From the NCBI GenBank assembly GCA_905201285.1, contig CAJKNM010000001.1:4042-68041 (forward strand): a DNA stretch of 64,000 nt, in the 5' to 3' direction. The notes under the pieces are model-generated. The model was not told where the DNA came from, did no database searches, and saw only the letters and a list, made by a program, of their open reading frames with translations. This DNA comes from an uncultured Eubacteriales bacterium. GTDB taxonomy: Bacteria > Bacillota > Clostridia > Monoglobales > Monoglobaceae. This document shows, piece by piece, positions 18,718 through 27,785 of this stretch (within the stretch, counting starts at the first letter, position 1; each line of letters begins with the position of its first letter). The position numbers and the translations under genes are program-made.

Positions 18718-19188
18718 TCAAATTTTTTTCAATTCGATGTTTATTTCACCGTTATCGACGGTAAGAACAGCGTATCCGCTTCTTGCCGTTCCGGGGTTTA
18801 CCACCCAAATATCGTTGTGTTCGAGAAGCTGACAGTGGGTATGACCGAAGATGCAAATGTCCGCCCCGAGCTCCTTTGCTTTCATTATTACACGAAGCGG
18901 CGACATCTTTACGCCATAGTTATGACCGTGGGTTAAGAAAATTTTCTTTCCGCAGAATTCAAAGAACCTGTCATAAGGAACATCACGTACAAACCAGTCG
19001 TTGTTGCCGAGGACATACGCAAACGGAATCCTCGGATAGGTTCTCATTATTTCCTCTGCATCGCTCTGCATGTCCCCCGTAAAAATAATAAGCTTAGTGT
19101 CGGGATTTTCCTTCATCGCTTTATGTATTCCCGCGGTGTAACGGTGGCTGTCGCTGAAAATAAGTGCTTTCAATGTTATTAACTCCAA
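18718..19188 (-). CDS. YfcE/MJ0936-family metallophosphoesterase
   Basis: Motifs FSDSH, TGDM, GNND, THGH, GHTH. TTG start. An alternative TTG at 19173 would give MKALIFSDSH. Confidence 0.85.
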   Translation of the reverse strand: MELITLKALIFSDSHRYTAGIHKAMKENPDTKLIIFTGDMQSDAEEIMRTYPRIPFAYVLGNNDWFVRDVPYDRFFEFCGKKIFLTHGHNYGVKMSPLRVIMKAKELGADICIFGHTHCQLLEHNDIWVVNPGTARSGYAVLTVDNGEINIELKKI

Positions 19189-19359
19189 TTCTTAAATATA
19201 ATTACAATACAGTCATATGTTTACATTAGACCTGTGCTAAGTATAGCATAAGCAAGGAAATACGTCAACCTTTGATAATAAATTGAAAAAAATAGCACAT
19301 ATTTAATTTTTCGGCATAGATTATAAGTAGCGGTAACTATTTTTATAAGGAGTGGGATT

Positions 19360-19626
19360 ATGAACTTAGAGGATATGATTAAAAATATGAATCCGCAGAT
19401 GCTTTCAAACGCACTGAGCAGGATGAACAGTATTTTGTCTCCCGAGCAGATGAAGCAGGTGGAAAGAGCAATCAAGTCAACCGATAAGGGTCAGCTAAAT
19501 GCGAAACTTAACAGCCTGACGGCGGAGGACCTCCGGCGTGAGCTTCAAAGCAATCCGGTGCTTGCGAAGCAGATGGCCGACAACCCTGAGCTTATGCAGA
19601 AGCTTAACGGAATTTTTAAGAAGTAA
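19360..19626 (+). CDS. Hypothetical small helical protein
   Basis: 88 aa. GGAG RBS. First of three tightly spaced co-oriented genes. Confidence 0.5.
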   Translation: MNLEDMIKNMNPQMLSNALSRMNSILSPEQMKQVERAIKSTDKGQLNAKLNSLTAEDLRRELQSNPVLAKQMADNPELMQKLNGIFKK

Positions 19627-19640
19627 CGAGGTGATGACAG

Positions 19641-19976
19641 ATGGCTGACGAGCTTGACTTATCAGGTGCGGTTGATATGCTTAAAAATATGCTGAATAAC
19701 GAAGAAGGCCAGCAACAGATACAGAATATTGTTTCGATGCTCGGTGGAGAGAACCAAGCCGAACAGCCGAAAAAGACAAACGATCCGGATAATATCGAGA
19801 TGATAATGAAGCTTCAAAAGGTTATGTCAATAGTGAATGATGCCGAGAACAGTCGCCAGGCGGCATTCCTGCGTTCGCTTGCACCGCTTCTTAAACCCGA
19901 GAGACGGGATAAACTCAATAAGGCTGTTCGCCTTCTCGGAATGGGCAAGGCGATTGAGGTCTTAAAACAGACATAA
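19641..19976 (+). CDS. Hypothetical protein
   Basis: 111 aa. GAGG RBS. 14-nt gap to the previous gene. Confidence 0.5.
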   Translation: MADELDLSGAVDMLKNMLNNEEGQQQIQNIVSMLGGENQAEQPKKTNDPDNIEMIMKLQKVMSIVNDAENSRQAAFLRSLAPLLKPERRDKLNKAVRLLGMGKAIEVLKQT

Positions 19977-19992
19977 CGGTATAGGGAGGTGT

Positions 19993-20568
19993 ATGGCTAT
20001 TTACAGACGGTACGGAACAACACCGGCCGGCGGAGGGCAGATGCCGAAGCCGCCGCACAATTCTATGGCACAGGGCGGCGTATCCGCGCCGAATAGGGAG
20101 TGTGGAGGAAATGCTTCCGAGCGGCGTGATACAAATTGCGGACGGCGTGATGCAAGTTGCGGCGGACAGCGAAACGGTTCGTTCCGCGGAAACGGGCAAG
20201 TTAACCGTGGAAATTATAGTAATCCTTCACAACGCGGCCATATGAATCCGCCGCCGGGTCATCATTCGACAAATCAATGCGGTCAAACGGATAAACGTTT
20301 CCGAACAGAGGAAGGCGAATACGAAAAACCGCGAAGGTCTCCGCCGCATGGTGGAGGGGCGTTAGGTATGCTGACGCGGTTCATACCTCAATCGGTGTAC
20401 AATCCCGAAACCGGAAAGGTGTTGGGGTTTATGTCGGCGGAGGATTTACTTATTGCGGCATTGATAATATTGATAATAGACAGCAGTGATGAAGAAACAG
20501 ATAATACGATGCTGGTATACGCCCTGATATATATACTTATATCGGATCATATCGACCTCCCGTTGTAG
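19993..20568 (+). CDS. Hypothetical low-complexity (Gly/Arg/Asn/Pro-rich) protein with C-terminal TM segments
   Basis: 191 aa. GGGAGG RBS. Tail LLIAALIILIIDSSDEETDNTMLVYALIYILI. Confidence 0.45.
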   Translation: MAIYRRYGTTPAGGGQMPKPPHNSMAQGGVSAPNRECGGNASERRDTNCGRRDASCGGQRNGSFRGNGQVNRGNYSNPSQRGHMNPPPGHHSTNQCGQTDKRFRTEEGEYEKPRRSPPHGGGALGMLTRFIPQSVYNPETGKVLGFMSAEDLLIAALIILIIDSSDEETDNTMLVYALIYILISDHIDLPL

Positions 20569-20654
20569 CGAAAGCCGTATGGACTGTGCCGAGGGTACAT
20601 TCAGGCGGCTTTCGTTGGATTCTCAAAAAAATCAAAAAAAATTTAAAAAATTGC

Positions 20655-20683
20655 TTGACATTTAAGTGGATATATGATAGAAT
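20655..20683 (+). promoter_or_regulatory. Promoter of tRNA-Thr
   Basis: TTGACA-17 nt-TAGAAT with TGn extended -10, about 30 nt upstream of the tRNA. Confidence 0.6.
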
Positions 20684-20714
20684 AGTCTTTGTCAGCGCGA
20701 TAGAGCGCCGAATT

Positions 20715-20790
20715 GCTGGTATAGCTCAATTGGCAGAGCAGCTGATTTGTAATCAGCAGGTTGTAGGTTCAAGTCCTATTACCAGCTCCA
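20715..20790 (+). tRNA. tRNA-Thr (anticodon UGU), CCA encoded
   Basis: Hand-folded cloverleaf: acceptor GCTGGTA/TACCAGC, D arm GCTC-AATTGGC-AGAGC, anticodon arm GCTGA-TTTGTAA-TCAGC, T arm GTAGG-TTCAAGT-CCTAT, then T-CCA. Confidence 0.9.
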
Positions 20791-20826
20791 AAAACGGCAA
20801 GGTTTTACACCTTGCCGTTTTTATTT
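20791..20826 (+). terminator. Rho-independent terminator after tRNA-Thr
   Basis: AAAACGGCAAGG-ttttaca-CCTTGCCGTTTT followed by T-rich tract. Confidence 0.8.
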
Positions 20827-20839
20827 GTATGATTGTCTG

Positions 20840-21169
20840 CTATGAAATGAGTTCAAATGTTACATTTGGAGTTTCCTTATGCACATCGTCAAAAATCTCA
20901 AGCATTGATACACAATATTCTCTTAAGTCATCGGGAAGCGTCAGGAAGCCATATATTTTCACTTTAATTCTTTCTCCATCCATCCATAAATATCTCATAC
21001 AATCCCACAAAGCATCCCAATTTTCACCGTAATATTCAGGCAGACCGAATTTTGTTTTTAAAATCAAGTGTATTTCACCCAAATACTTGCATCCGGTAAA
21101 ATCTAATATAATCGGGTTTTCTTTAATTGGTTTAAACGCATTTCTTCTGTATGCTTCTTCGTAATTCAT
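20840..21169 (-). CDS. Barstar-family ribonuclease inhibitor (immunity protein)
   Basis: 109 aa. GLPEYYGENWDALWDCM matches the barstar core LPEYYGENLDALWDCL. Confidence 0.85.
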   Translation of the reverse strand: MNYEEAYRRNAFKPIKENPIILDFTGCKYLGEIHLILKTKFGLPEYYGENWDALWDCMRYLWMDGERIKVKIYGFLTLPDDLREYCVSMLEIFDDVHKETPNVTFELIS

Positions 21170-21179
21170 TTAATCCCTC

Positions 21180-21341
21180 CTATTCAATCTCGATAAATGT
21201 GGCATAATGATCATAAGTTACAAATATTAATCCATCATTTGAAAACAGTATTCTCTCGGTTCCTCTGTATCCAAATTCATAATTAATGTCTGCCTCGTAC
21301 CAAATCCTGTTTGGGACGGCAGGTAAATGTATATCAAACGG
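21180..21341 (-). pseudogene. Barnase-family ribonuclease, C-terminal catalytic half only (5' truncated)
   Basis: PNRIWYEADINYEFGYRGTERILFSNDGLIFVTYDHYATFIEIE aligns with barnase GRTWREADINYTSGFRNSDRILYSSDWLIYKTTDHYQTFTKIR (Glu73, Arg83, Arg87, His102 equivalents present). The N-terminal half (Lys27 region) has no counterpart upstream. Its stop overlaps the barstar RBS. Confidence 0.7.
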
Positions 21342-21378
21342 GGTGACATTTAGTGTCGGGTTTTTAGCTTGTGCAGTC

Positions 21379-21407
21379 ATTATACACAAAAACCGGCAAA
21401 ATTGCAA
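21379..21407 (-). promoter_or_regulatory. Near-consensus promoter inside the tracked barnase ORF
   Basis: Minus strand TTGCAA-17 nt-TATAAT. The -10 overlaps the only internal in-frame ATG (21380), so a transcript from here would carry the barnase remnant as an untranslated leader of barstar. Confidence 0.45.
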
Positions 21408-21513
21408 ATAGTATGAGAAAATCATTTTCAGATGCTTTTTTTGATGGAGAAATGCCATTTCCGTGTATGAGGTTACTTTATTTCGGTGAGGAGTAAAAAT
21501 ATCGGGAAAAATA

Positions 21514-21542
21514 TTGACAATCACGTTATTTGGATTTATACT
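21514..21542 (+). promoter_or_regulatory. Promoter of manA
   Basis: TTGACA-17 nt-TATACT, 50 nt upstream of the manA ATG. Confidence 0.55.
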
Positions 21543-21591
21543 TATAAGTAGTAAAAAACGGCAGAGTGCCTAATTAAAAAGGAGACCAACT

Positions 21592-22557
21592 ATGAAAAAT
21601 GAACCTGTTTTGTTAAAACCGGCGTTTAAGGATTATATATGGGGAGGAACGCGGCTTCGCACCGAGTACGGAAAGGACTGTGATTATGACCGCATTGCCG
21701 AAAGCTGGGAGTTATCGGCGCATAAGGATGGCCAGAGCATAGTTTCAAGCGGCGAGTATTCGGGGAAGACATTAACCGAGTATATAGATGCCTGCGGCAG
21801 CGAGATTCTCGGCACGCGCGGCGCGGCGTTTGAGATGTTCCCCATTCTGATAAAGTTTATTGATGCAAAGGATAACCTTTCGATTCAGGTTCACCCAAGT
21901 GACGAGTATGCGCTTAAAAACGAGGGTGAGTACGGAAAGACCGAGGTTTGGTATGTTCTATCGGCCGAGCCGGGGGCGGCGCTTTATTATGGCTTTAACC
22001 GTGAAATAACGAAGGACGAATACCGCCGCAGGATTGCCGATAACACAATAACAGAGGTTCTGAACCGTGTTGAAGCCAAGGCGGGGGATGTATTCTTTAT
22101 TAAGCCCGGAACGGTTCACGCGATAGGAAGCGGACTTATGATTTGTGAGATTCAGCAGAATTCAAACACCACCTATCGTGTATATGACTATGACAGAAGA
22201 GGAGCGGACGGAAAGCCGCGTGAGTTACATATTGACAAGGCGGTTGACGTATCTGTGCTTGCTCCGTCGGATCAGGCGGACAGCAGCGGTAAGACTCAGC
22301 GGATGGACGGATATACCTTGAGGCTTATAGCAAAGTGCAAGTATTTTACCACAGAGAGAATCGAGGTTTCGGACAAGGCGGTATTGGAAGTCGACCGTGA
22401 AAGCTTCCGTTCAATAATTGTGACGGACGGCTGTGCAAAAATTAAAATGAACGAAGCTGAGCTTGATGTCAAAAAGGGTGACAGTGTGTTTGTTCCTGCG
22501 CAGAGCGGAAGTATTGAAATCGACGGAAGCTGCGGAATATTACTTTCGTATGTATAA
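21592..22557 (+). CDS. manA: Mannose-6-phosphate isomerase, class I
   Basis: 321 aa. YIWGGTRL, SWELSAH, LIKFIDAKDNLSIQVHP, GKTEVWYV, GTVHAIG. Confidence 0.85.
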   Translation: MKNEPVLLKPAFKDYIWGGTRLRTEYGKDCDYDRIAESWELSAHKDGQSIVSSGEYSGKTLTEYIDACGSEILGTRGAAFEMFPILIKFIDAKDNLSIQVHPSDEYALKNEGEYGKTEVWYVLSAEPGAALYYGFNREITKDEYRRRIADNTITEVLNRVEAKAGDVFFIKPGTVHAIGSGLMICEIQQNSNTTYRVYDYDRRGADGKPRELHIDKAVDVSVLAPSDQADSSGKTQRMDGYTLRLIAKCKYFTTERIEVSDKAVLEVDRESFRSIIVTDGCAKIKMNEAELDVKKGDSVFVPAQSGSIEIDGSCGILLSYV

Positions 22558-22589
22558 CGGCGGAACAAAAATAGAGCAGGAGAAGAAAG

Positions 22590-23771
22590 ATGAATAGTTT
22601 TGTTACGGAGCCGGAGAGAAGGCTTGAGATCAAAGAAAAGTATGATGTGGTTGTTGCCGGCGGAGGTATTGCGGGGATTTCCGCCGCCCTCGCGGCGGCG
22701 AGGGGCGGAGCAAAAACGCTTTTAATCGAAAGGGAGTTTTCGCTCGGCGGACTTGCGACGCTCGGGTTGGTTACTATTTACCTGCCGCTTTGCGACGGCA
22801 AGGGAAGGCAGGTCAGCTTCGGCATAGCGGAAGAGCTGTTCAGGCTTTCGGTTAAGTACGGAGCGGAGGCGAATTATCCCGAGATGTGGCTCTCGGACCA
22901 TACGGTCGAGGAGCGTGCGAAAGGGCAGAGGTTTGAAGTAAGGTATGACGCAAATGTTTTTGCTATTTTGTGTGAGCAAAGGTTAAAGGAAGAGGGCGTA
23001 GATATTTTATACGGAACCTCGGTTTGTTCCTGTGATGTTAATAACGGTCGGATAAACGCTCTTATTGTTGAAAATAAATCGGGGAGGTATGCGGTTGAAG
23101 CGGGCGCAGTTGTTGACGCGACCGGGGATGCGGATATATGTGCTTTTTCGGGCGAGGAAACAGTTCTGTATGAGCCTAAGAATATTCTTGCCGCTTGGTA
23201 TTATGCGGTTGAGGGCGGAACTAACAAGCTTCATATGCACGGCTTTGCCGAAGGCTCAAATGAGGACGTTAGGCTTCTTTCTCAAAAACGTTTCTGCGGA
23301 ATTGACGGAAATGAAATATCCGAGATGGTACAGATGGCACATAATGAAATTCTGGCGGAATTTTTAAGGAAAGGCGGAGTCAGCGAGGAACACTCGCTTT
23401 CGTCAATCGCCGGAATTCCTCAGCTGAGAATGACAAGGCGGCTTGCCGGCACCTGTGAGATGACGACCGAAAAAGAGGGTGAGAGCATCGGAACAAGCGT
23501 GGGTGTAATTTCAAACTGGAAGAAGCGCGGGCCCGTTTATGAGGTTCCGTTTGAGTGCTTGTACGGAAAAAAGGTAAAAAATTTGATTACTGCTGGGCGC
23601 TGCATATCGGTATCGGACGAGATGTGGGATATTTCGAGGGTGATTCCGTGTTGTGCGGTTACCGGCGAGGCCGCAGGAACAGCGGCGGCGATGACCGACG
23701 ATTTTTCGACTTTGGAGGTTGAGTCACTTCAAAGCAGACTGGAGGCGGCCGGAGTTAAGCTTCATATATAA
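22590..23771 (+). CDS. FAD-dependent oxidoreductase
   Basis: 393 aa. Dinucleotide fold YDVVVAGGGIAGISAALAAARGGAKTLLIE. Confidence 0.8.
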   Translation: MNSFVTEPERRLEIKEKYDVVVAGGGIAGISAALAAARGGAKTLLIEREFSLGGLATLGLVTIYLPLCDGKGRQVSFGIAEELFRLSVKYGAEANYPEMWLSDHTVEERAKGQRFEVRYDANVFAILCEQRLKEEGVDILYGTSVCSCDVNNGRINALIVENKSGRYAVEAGAVVDATGDADICAFSGEETVLYEPKNILAAWYYAVEGGTNKLHMHGFAEGSNEDVRLLSQKRFCGIDGNEISEMVQMAHNEILAEFLRKGGVSEEHSLSSIAGIPQLRMTRRLAGTCEMTTEKEGESIGTSVGVISNWKKRGPVYEVPFECLYGKKVKNLITAGRCISVSDEMWDISRVIPCCAVTGEAAGTAAAMTDDFSTLEVESLQSRLEAAGVKLHI

Positions 23772-23785
23772 AGGGTGAGAGGGAT

Positions 23786-24640
23786 ATGAGTACGCATGAG
23801 CGCACAGCGTTGATTGCATTATGGATAATTGCGGCGATACTTGTCTGCTGTGCCGCGTATATCGGTTTGGTTGACCGCGGATATGACGAGGTTTCGTTTA
23901 TTGATGTTGGTGAAGCGGATTCGGCGTTTATCAAGACGCGGCATCATAAGGCGGTGCTTATAGACGGAGGAAACACCGGCTCGAGTGAGTATACCCTCAC
24001 CAATTATCTGCGTTCAGGTTTTACCCCAAGGCTTGATGCGGTGTTCGTTTCGCATATGCATGATGACCATATGAACGGTGTGATTGAGCTTATTAACGGC
24101 GGTTATCCAATATCACGCATATATGTTTCAAGGTCCTCGGGTGCGTGTGATGAATTGTCAAAGCCCGCGGAGGAGCATAAAATTCCTATTTTTGAAATTC
24201 AAAAGGGCGATATTATAGATATTGACAATACTAAGTTTACAATTATGTCTGATGGATATTCGGCGGCAGATGATGACGAAAATGACCGGTCCTTGATTAT
24301 CAGAATGGATTGCGGGAAAAATTCGTTTTTGTTCACGGGTGATGCAACCTCGAATGAAGAAAGCGAAATCCTAAATGATAATATTGACGTTGACTTTTTA
24401 AAGGTCGGACATCACGGCTCAAAGACCTCATCTTCTCCGGAGTTTATTGAAAAGGTAAGTCCTCAGCTTGCTGTAATCAGTGTAGGATTGAATAACTCAT
24501 ATCACCATCCTTCGCCGCAAACGCTTGATACGCTGGAAAAACAGAGAGTTCCAATTCTCAGGACGGACTATGACGGAACTGTCACGGTGATAATGACCGA
24601 GGATGATATACGAAATATCTGTACGAGTGAGCATAACTGA
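23786..24640 (+). CDS. ComEC/Rec2-related metallo-beta-lactamase-domain protein (single N-terminal TM, no competence channel domain)
   Basis: 284 aa. DVGEADSAFI, HMHDDHMNG, FTGDA, VGHHGSKTSS. Sits directly upstream of holA, as comEC does in Bacilli. Confidence 0.75.
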   Translation: MSTHERTALIALWIIAAILVCCAAYIGLVDRGYDEVSFIDVGEADSAFIKTRHHKAVLIDGGNTGSSEYTLTNYLRSGFTPRLDAVFVSHMHDDHMNGVIELINGGYPISRIYVSRSSGACDELSKPAEEHKIPIFEIQKGDIIDIDNTKFTIMSDGYSAADDDENDRSLIIRMDCGKNSFLFTGDATSNEESEILNDNIDVDFLKVGHHGSKTSSSPEFIEKVSPQLAVISVGLNNSYHHPSPQTLDTLEKQRVPILRTDYDGTVTVIMTEDDIRNICTSEHN

Positions 24641-24691
24641 GACAGGTAATGCGTGATTCGATAGAAAGCATTGCCGGGAAAGGATAAATTT

Positions 24692-25705
24692 ATGACGTAT
24701 GACGAACTGACAACCAAAATAAAGAGCGGAAAGTTAAGCGGAATATTTTTCTTCTATGGTGAGGAAAGGTATCTGCTTGAAAAAAGCATTGCGCTTATCA
24801 AAAAAAAGGTAATTACCCCGGGGACAGAGGCATTTAACTTCTTTAAGTTCGATGGGAAGAAGGTCGCTATAGATGAAATTTCCGCTGCTGTTGACAGGTT
24901 CCCTCAGATGTCGCCGATGAAGCTGATAATCGTCAAAAACAGTGGAATGTTAAACAATGCGGTACTCAAGGAATTTAAAATAATAAAGAAGATAGTTGTT
25001 CCGTCAGACACCTGTCTGATATTTGTTGAGGACAGCTTTGACAAAAAGAAACTGAAAAATCTTTCGTTCATCGAAGACGGCGGCGGTGTTGTCTCGTTTA
25101 ACTATATGCCGTTTAATAAGCTTGAAATCTGGATAGAGAAGCGGTTTAAGTCAGAGGAAAAGGAAATTTTAGAAAGGGATACGCGGTATATCCTTCAGCT
25201 TTGCGGTCAGTCGCTTGAGAAGCTGACGCGCGAATGTGAAAAGCTTAGCCTGTATACCGGAGAAAGGCGAAAAGTCACCCGTCGGGATATAGACGCAGTG
25301 ATTGAAAAAACGGTAGAATTCACCACCTATAATATGGTTGATAATGTTGTGTCGGGGCAGGTGGGAAAGGCATTTGAACAGCTTAAATATCTGCGCGATA
25401 CAGATGAAAAACCGTTTTATATATTAAATTTGGTTATGTCGCGTCTGTCAGAGCTTCTGCTTTGCAAGCTTCTCAAAGAGGACGGACTTTCAACAGCGGA
25501 AATCGGGAGTTATTTCGATTTCCCGAGGCCCGCATTCGTTGTAAACAAAACTATTGAAGAAAGCCGAAGCTTCAGCGAGAAATATTTAAAATCTATGATA
25601 AACAGGGGTCTTTATTATGACCTCGAATGTAAACAGGGGCGACTTTCGCCGTGGCCGGCACTGGAATTATACCTCGCCGAGCTTACCGACAGAAAGCGCA
25701 GGTAA
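24692..25705 (+). CDS. holA: DNA polymerase III delta subunit
   Basis: Start trimmed to ATG MTYDELTTKIKSGKLSGIFFFYGEERYLLEK. Typical HolA N-terminus and length (337 aa). Confidence 0.8.
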   Translation: MTYDELTTKIKSGKLSGIFFFYGEERYLLEKSIALIKKKVITPGTEAFNFFKFDGKKVAIDEISAAVDRFPQMSPMKLIIVKNSGMLNNAVLKEFKIIKKIVVPSDTCLIFVEDSFDKKKLKNLSFIEDGGGVVSFNYMPFNKLEIWIEKRFKSEEKEILERDTRYILQLCGQSLEKLTRECEKLSLYTGERRKVTRRDIDAVIEKTVEFTTYNMVDNVVSGQVGKAFEQLKYLRDTDEKPFYILNLVMSRLSELLLCKLLKEDGLSTAEIGSYFDFPRPAFVVNKTIEESRSFSEKYLKSMINRGLYYDLECKQGRLSPWPALELYLAELTDRKRR

Positions 25706-25706
25706 A

Positions 25707-26468
25707 TCACGATGCCACAACCGTTATGCTGACATCCCTGCCGCATTTTATTCCCGCTTCGCCGAGGGCGCAGACAACTGTCTGCTCGGCGAGCTTCGGA
25801 TAATTATTCTCTTCGCTCAGATGGCCGAGAATTATCTGTTCGGTCCCCATTTTCACTAAGAATTCAGCCGCCATTCCCGCTTCATCGTTGGAAAGGTGAC
25901 CCAGAGCGCCTCTGATGCGGCGTTTCAGCGCAGGGGGATAGCTTCCTATTTCAAGCATGTTTACATCGTGATTTGATTCTAAGAGAACAGAGCGGCTTCC
26001 TTTGATTGCCGCGAACAAATCCTTTTTAAGCTCTCCTATGTCGGTCGCAACCGACATTTTTTCGCCTTTGTGCATAAAGCTATAGCCAACAGGCTCAGCC
26101 GCATCGTGGGGAACGGGGAAGGGTTTTACTCCAATCTCGCCTATCTCAAACGCCGAGTCGGTTTTGAAAGTTTGCACAAGCCCGTCGTCGATTTTGCCGA
26201 GCTGACCGTGCATTGCGTCCCAGGTTCCCTCATTTGCCCATACGGGAAGCTTATATCTTCGCATCATCACGCCGACTCCGGCAATGTGGTCGATGTGTTC
26301 GTGAGTGACGACTATCGCCGAGAGTTCCTCGGGGGCAACGTCAATACCACGCAGGGCGGTTTCAATGCACTTTCCGCTTACACCGCAGTCAACCAATATT
26401 TTTGTTTTATTTGCAAAAACTAAAGCCGCGTTACCGCGGCTTCCGCTTTTGAGTGGAATAAGCTTCAT
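25707..26468 (-). CDS. MBL-fold metallo-hydrolase (YycJ/WalJ-like)
   Basis: 253 aa. GSRGNAALV...VDCG, THEHIDHIAG. Confidence 0.8.
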   Translation of the reverse strand: MKLIPLKSGSRGNAALVFANKTKILVDCGVSGKCIETALRGIDVAPEELSAIVVTHEHIDHIAGVGVMMRRYKLPVWANEGTWDAMHGQLGKIDDGLVQTFKTDSAFEIGEIGVKPFPVPHDAAEPVGYSFMHKGEKMSVATDIGELKKDLFAAIKGSRSVLLESNHDVNMLEIGSYPPALKRRIRGALGHLSNDEAGMAAEFLVKMGTEQIILGHLSEENNYPKLAEQTVVCALGEAGIKCGRDVSITVVAS

Positions 26469-26498
26469 AAAAATCAGTCCATTCTGCTCTTTTATACG

Positions 26499-27785
26499 TT
26501 ATACTGCATTTGTGTGCAGCTCTTTATCGATATTTCTTCGCGCTATCTGTGCGCCGATGCTTCTAAGCTTGGCCTCAAAGTTCTCATAACCCCTGTCGAT
26601 GTATTTTAGGTTATAAATCTCGGTTACTCCATGTGCCATAAGTCCGGCAATAACCAAAGCCGCACCGGCACGGAGGTCAGTGGCGTGAACGGGCGAACCC
26701 GCCAGGTGGTCACAACCTTCGACCGCGGCAACTCTGCCGTCAACGGATATGTGCGCCCCCATTCGATTCAGTTCATCTACATATTTAAAACGGTTGTCCC
26801 ATACATTCTCGGTTACAAGGCTTGTGCCGTCGGCAATAGTCAAAAGCGTAAGCATCTGTGGCTGAAGATCTGTCGGAAAACCGGGGTACGGCTGGGTTTT
26901 AATATTTGTTCTTTTAAGACGTCTGCCGTCAGTATATACACGGATAGCTTCATCGTATTCTTCGATTCCGACACCCATTTCTTCAAGCTTTGCGCTCAGC
27001 GATTCCATATGAGTGGGAATGATGTTTGTTATGGTGACATCGCCGTGCGTAGCAGCGGCAGCAATCATAAACGTCCCCGCCTCGATTTGGTCGGGAATAA
27101 CGCTGAATTCGCCGCCGTGAAGCTCAGGCACACCCTTAATTTTTATAACATCGGTTCCTGCGCCCTTGATGTTTGCACCCATACAGTTTAAGAAGTTTGC
27201 AACATCGACGATGTGCGGTTCCTTTGCGGCACTTTCGATAACAGTGATGCCCTCAGCAAGCGTTGCGGCAAGCATTATGTTTATTGTTGCGCCGACGGAT
27301 ACAACGTCAAGATATATATTGTCGCCCACAAGGTTGTCGGCGCGGAGGTCTACCATTCCGTGGTCAACCTCAACCTCGGTTCCTAAAATCTTGAAACCTT
27401 TTATGTGCTGGTCTATCGGTCTGACACCAAAGTCACAGCCGCCGGGCATTCCTACCCTTGCACGGTGAAAACGGCCGAGCAGAGCACCCATAAGATATGA
27501 TGATGCCCTTATGCGGCGAACCGTTTCATAATCCGCTTCATATTTATTAAGATTTGTACAGTCAACCTCGACCGTGCTTTTTTCGACAAATGCTGCACTT
27601 CCGCCAAGGCCGTTTATTATGTCAAGGAGAACATCAATGTCGCTGACGTGAGGAACATTTTCAATTCTGCACTTTCCTTTTACCATAATTGACGCGGCTA
27701 AAATTGCAACGGCAGAATTTTTTGCACCGCTGATTTCAACCTCTCCGCTGAGCCGCGCCCCTCCTAAAATAACGAGTTTTTCCAT
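26499..27785 (-). CDS. murA: UDP-N-acetylglucosamine 1-carboxyvinyltransferase
   Basis: Start trimmed to MEKLVILGGARLSGEVEISGAKNSAVAILAA. PGGCDFGVRPIDQHIKG contains the active-site Cys. Confidence 0.9.
   Translation of the reverse strand: MEKLVILGGARLSGEVEISGAKNSAVAILAASIMVKGKCRIENVPHVSDIDVLLDIINGLGGSAAFVEKSTVEVDCTNLNKYEADYETVRRIRASSYLMGALLGRFHRARVGMPGGCDFGVRPIDQHIKGFKILGTEVEVDHGMVDLRADNLVGDNIYLDVVSVGATINIMLAATLAEGITVIESAAKEPHIVDVANFLNCMGANIKGAGTDVIKIKGVPELHGGEFSVIPDQIEAGTFMIAAAATHGDVTITNIIPTHMESLSAKLEEMGVGIEEYDEAIRVYTDGRRLKRTNIKTQPYPGFPTDLQPQMLTLLTIADGTSLVTENVWDNRFKYVDELNRMGAHISVDGRVAAVEGCDHLAGSPVHATDLRAGAALVIAGLMAHGVTEIYNLKYIDRGYENFEAKLRSIGAQIARRNIDKELHTNAV

Noticed and set aside
19221-19475. 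84-aa minus-strand hydrophobic ORF upstream of the small-protein cluster.
   Set aside because: It overlaps the promoter, RBS and 5' end of the better-supported plus-strand gene at 19360. It is an AT-rich, low-complexity translation.
20586-21032. 148-aa plus-strand ORF spanning tRNA-Thr and its terminator.
   Set aside because: It reads straight through a canonical tRNA, its promoter and its terminator, and then runs antisense to barstar. It is not coding.
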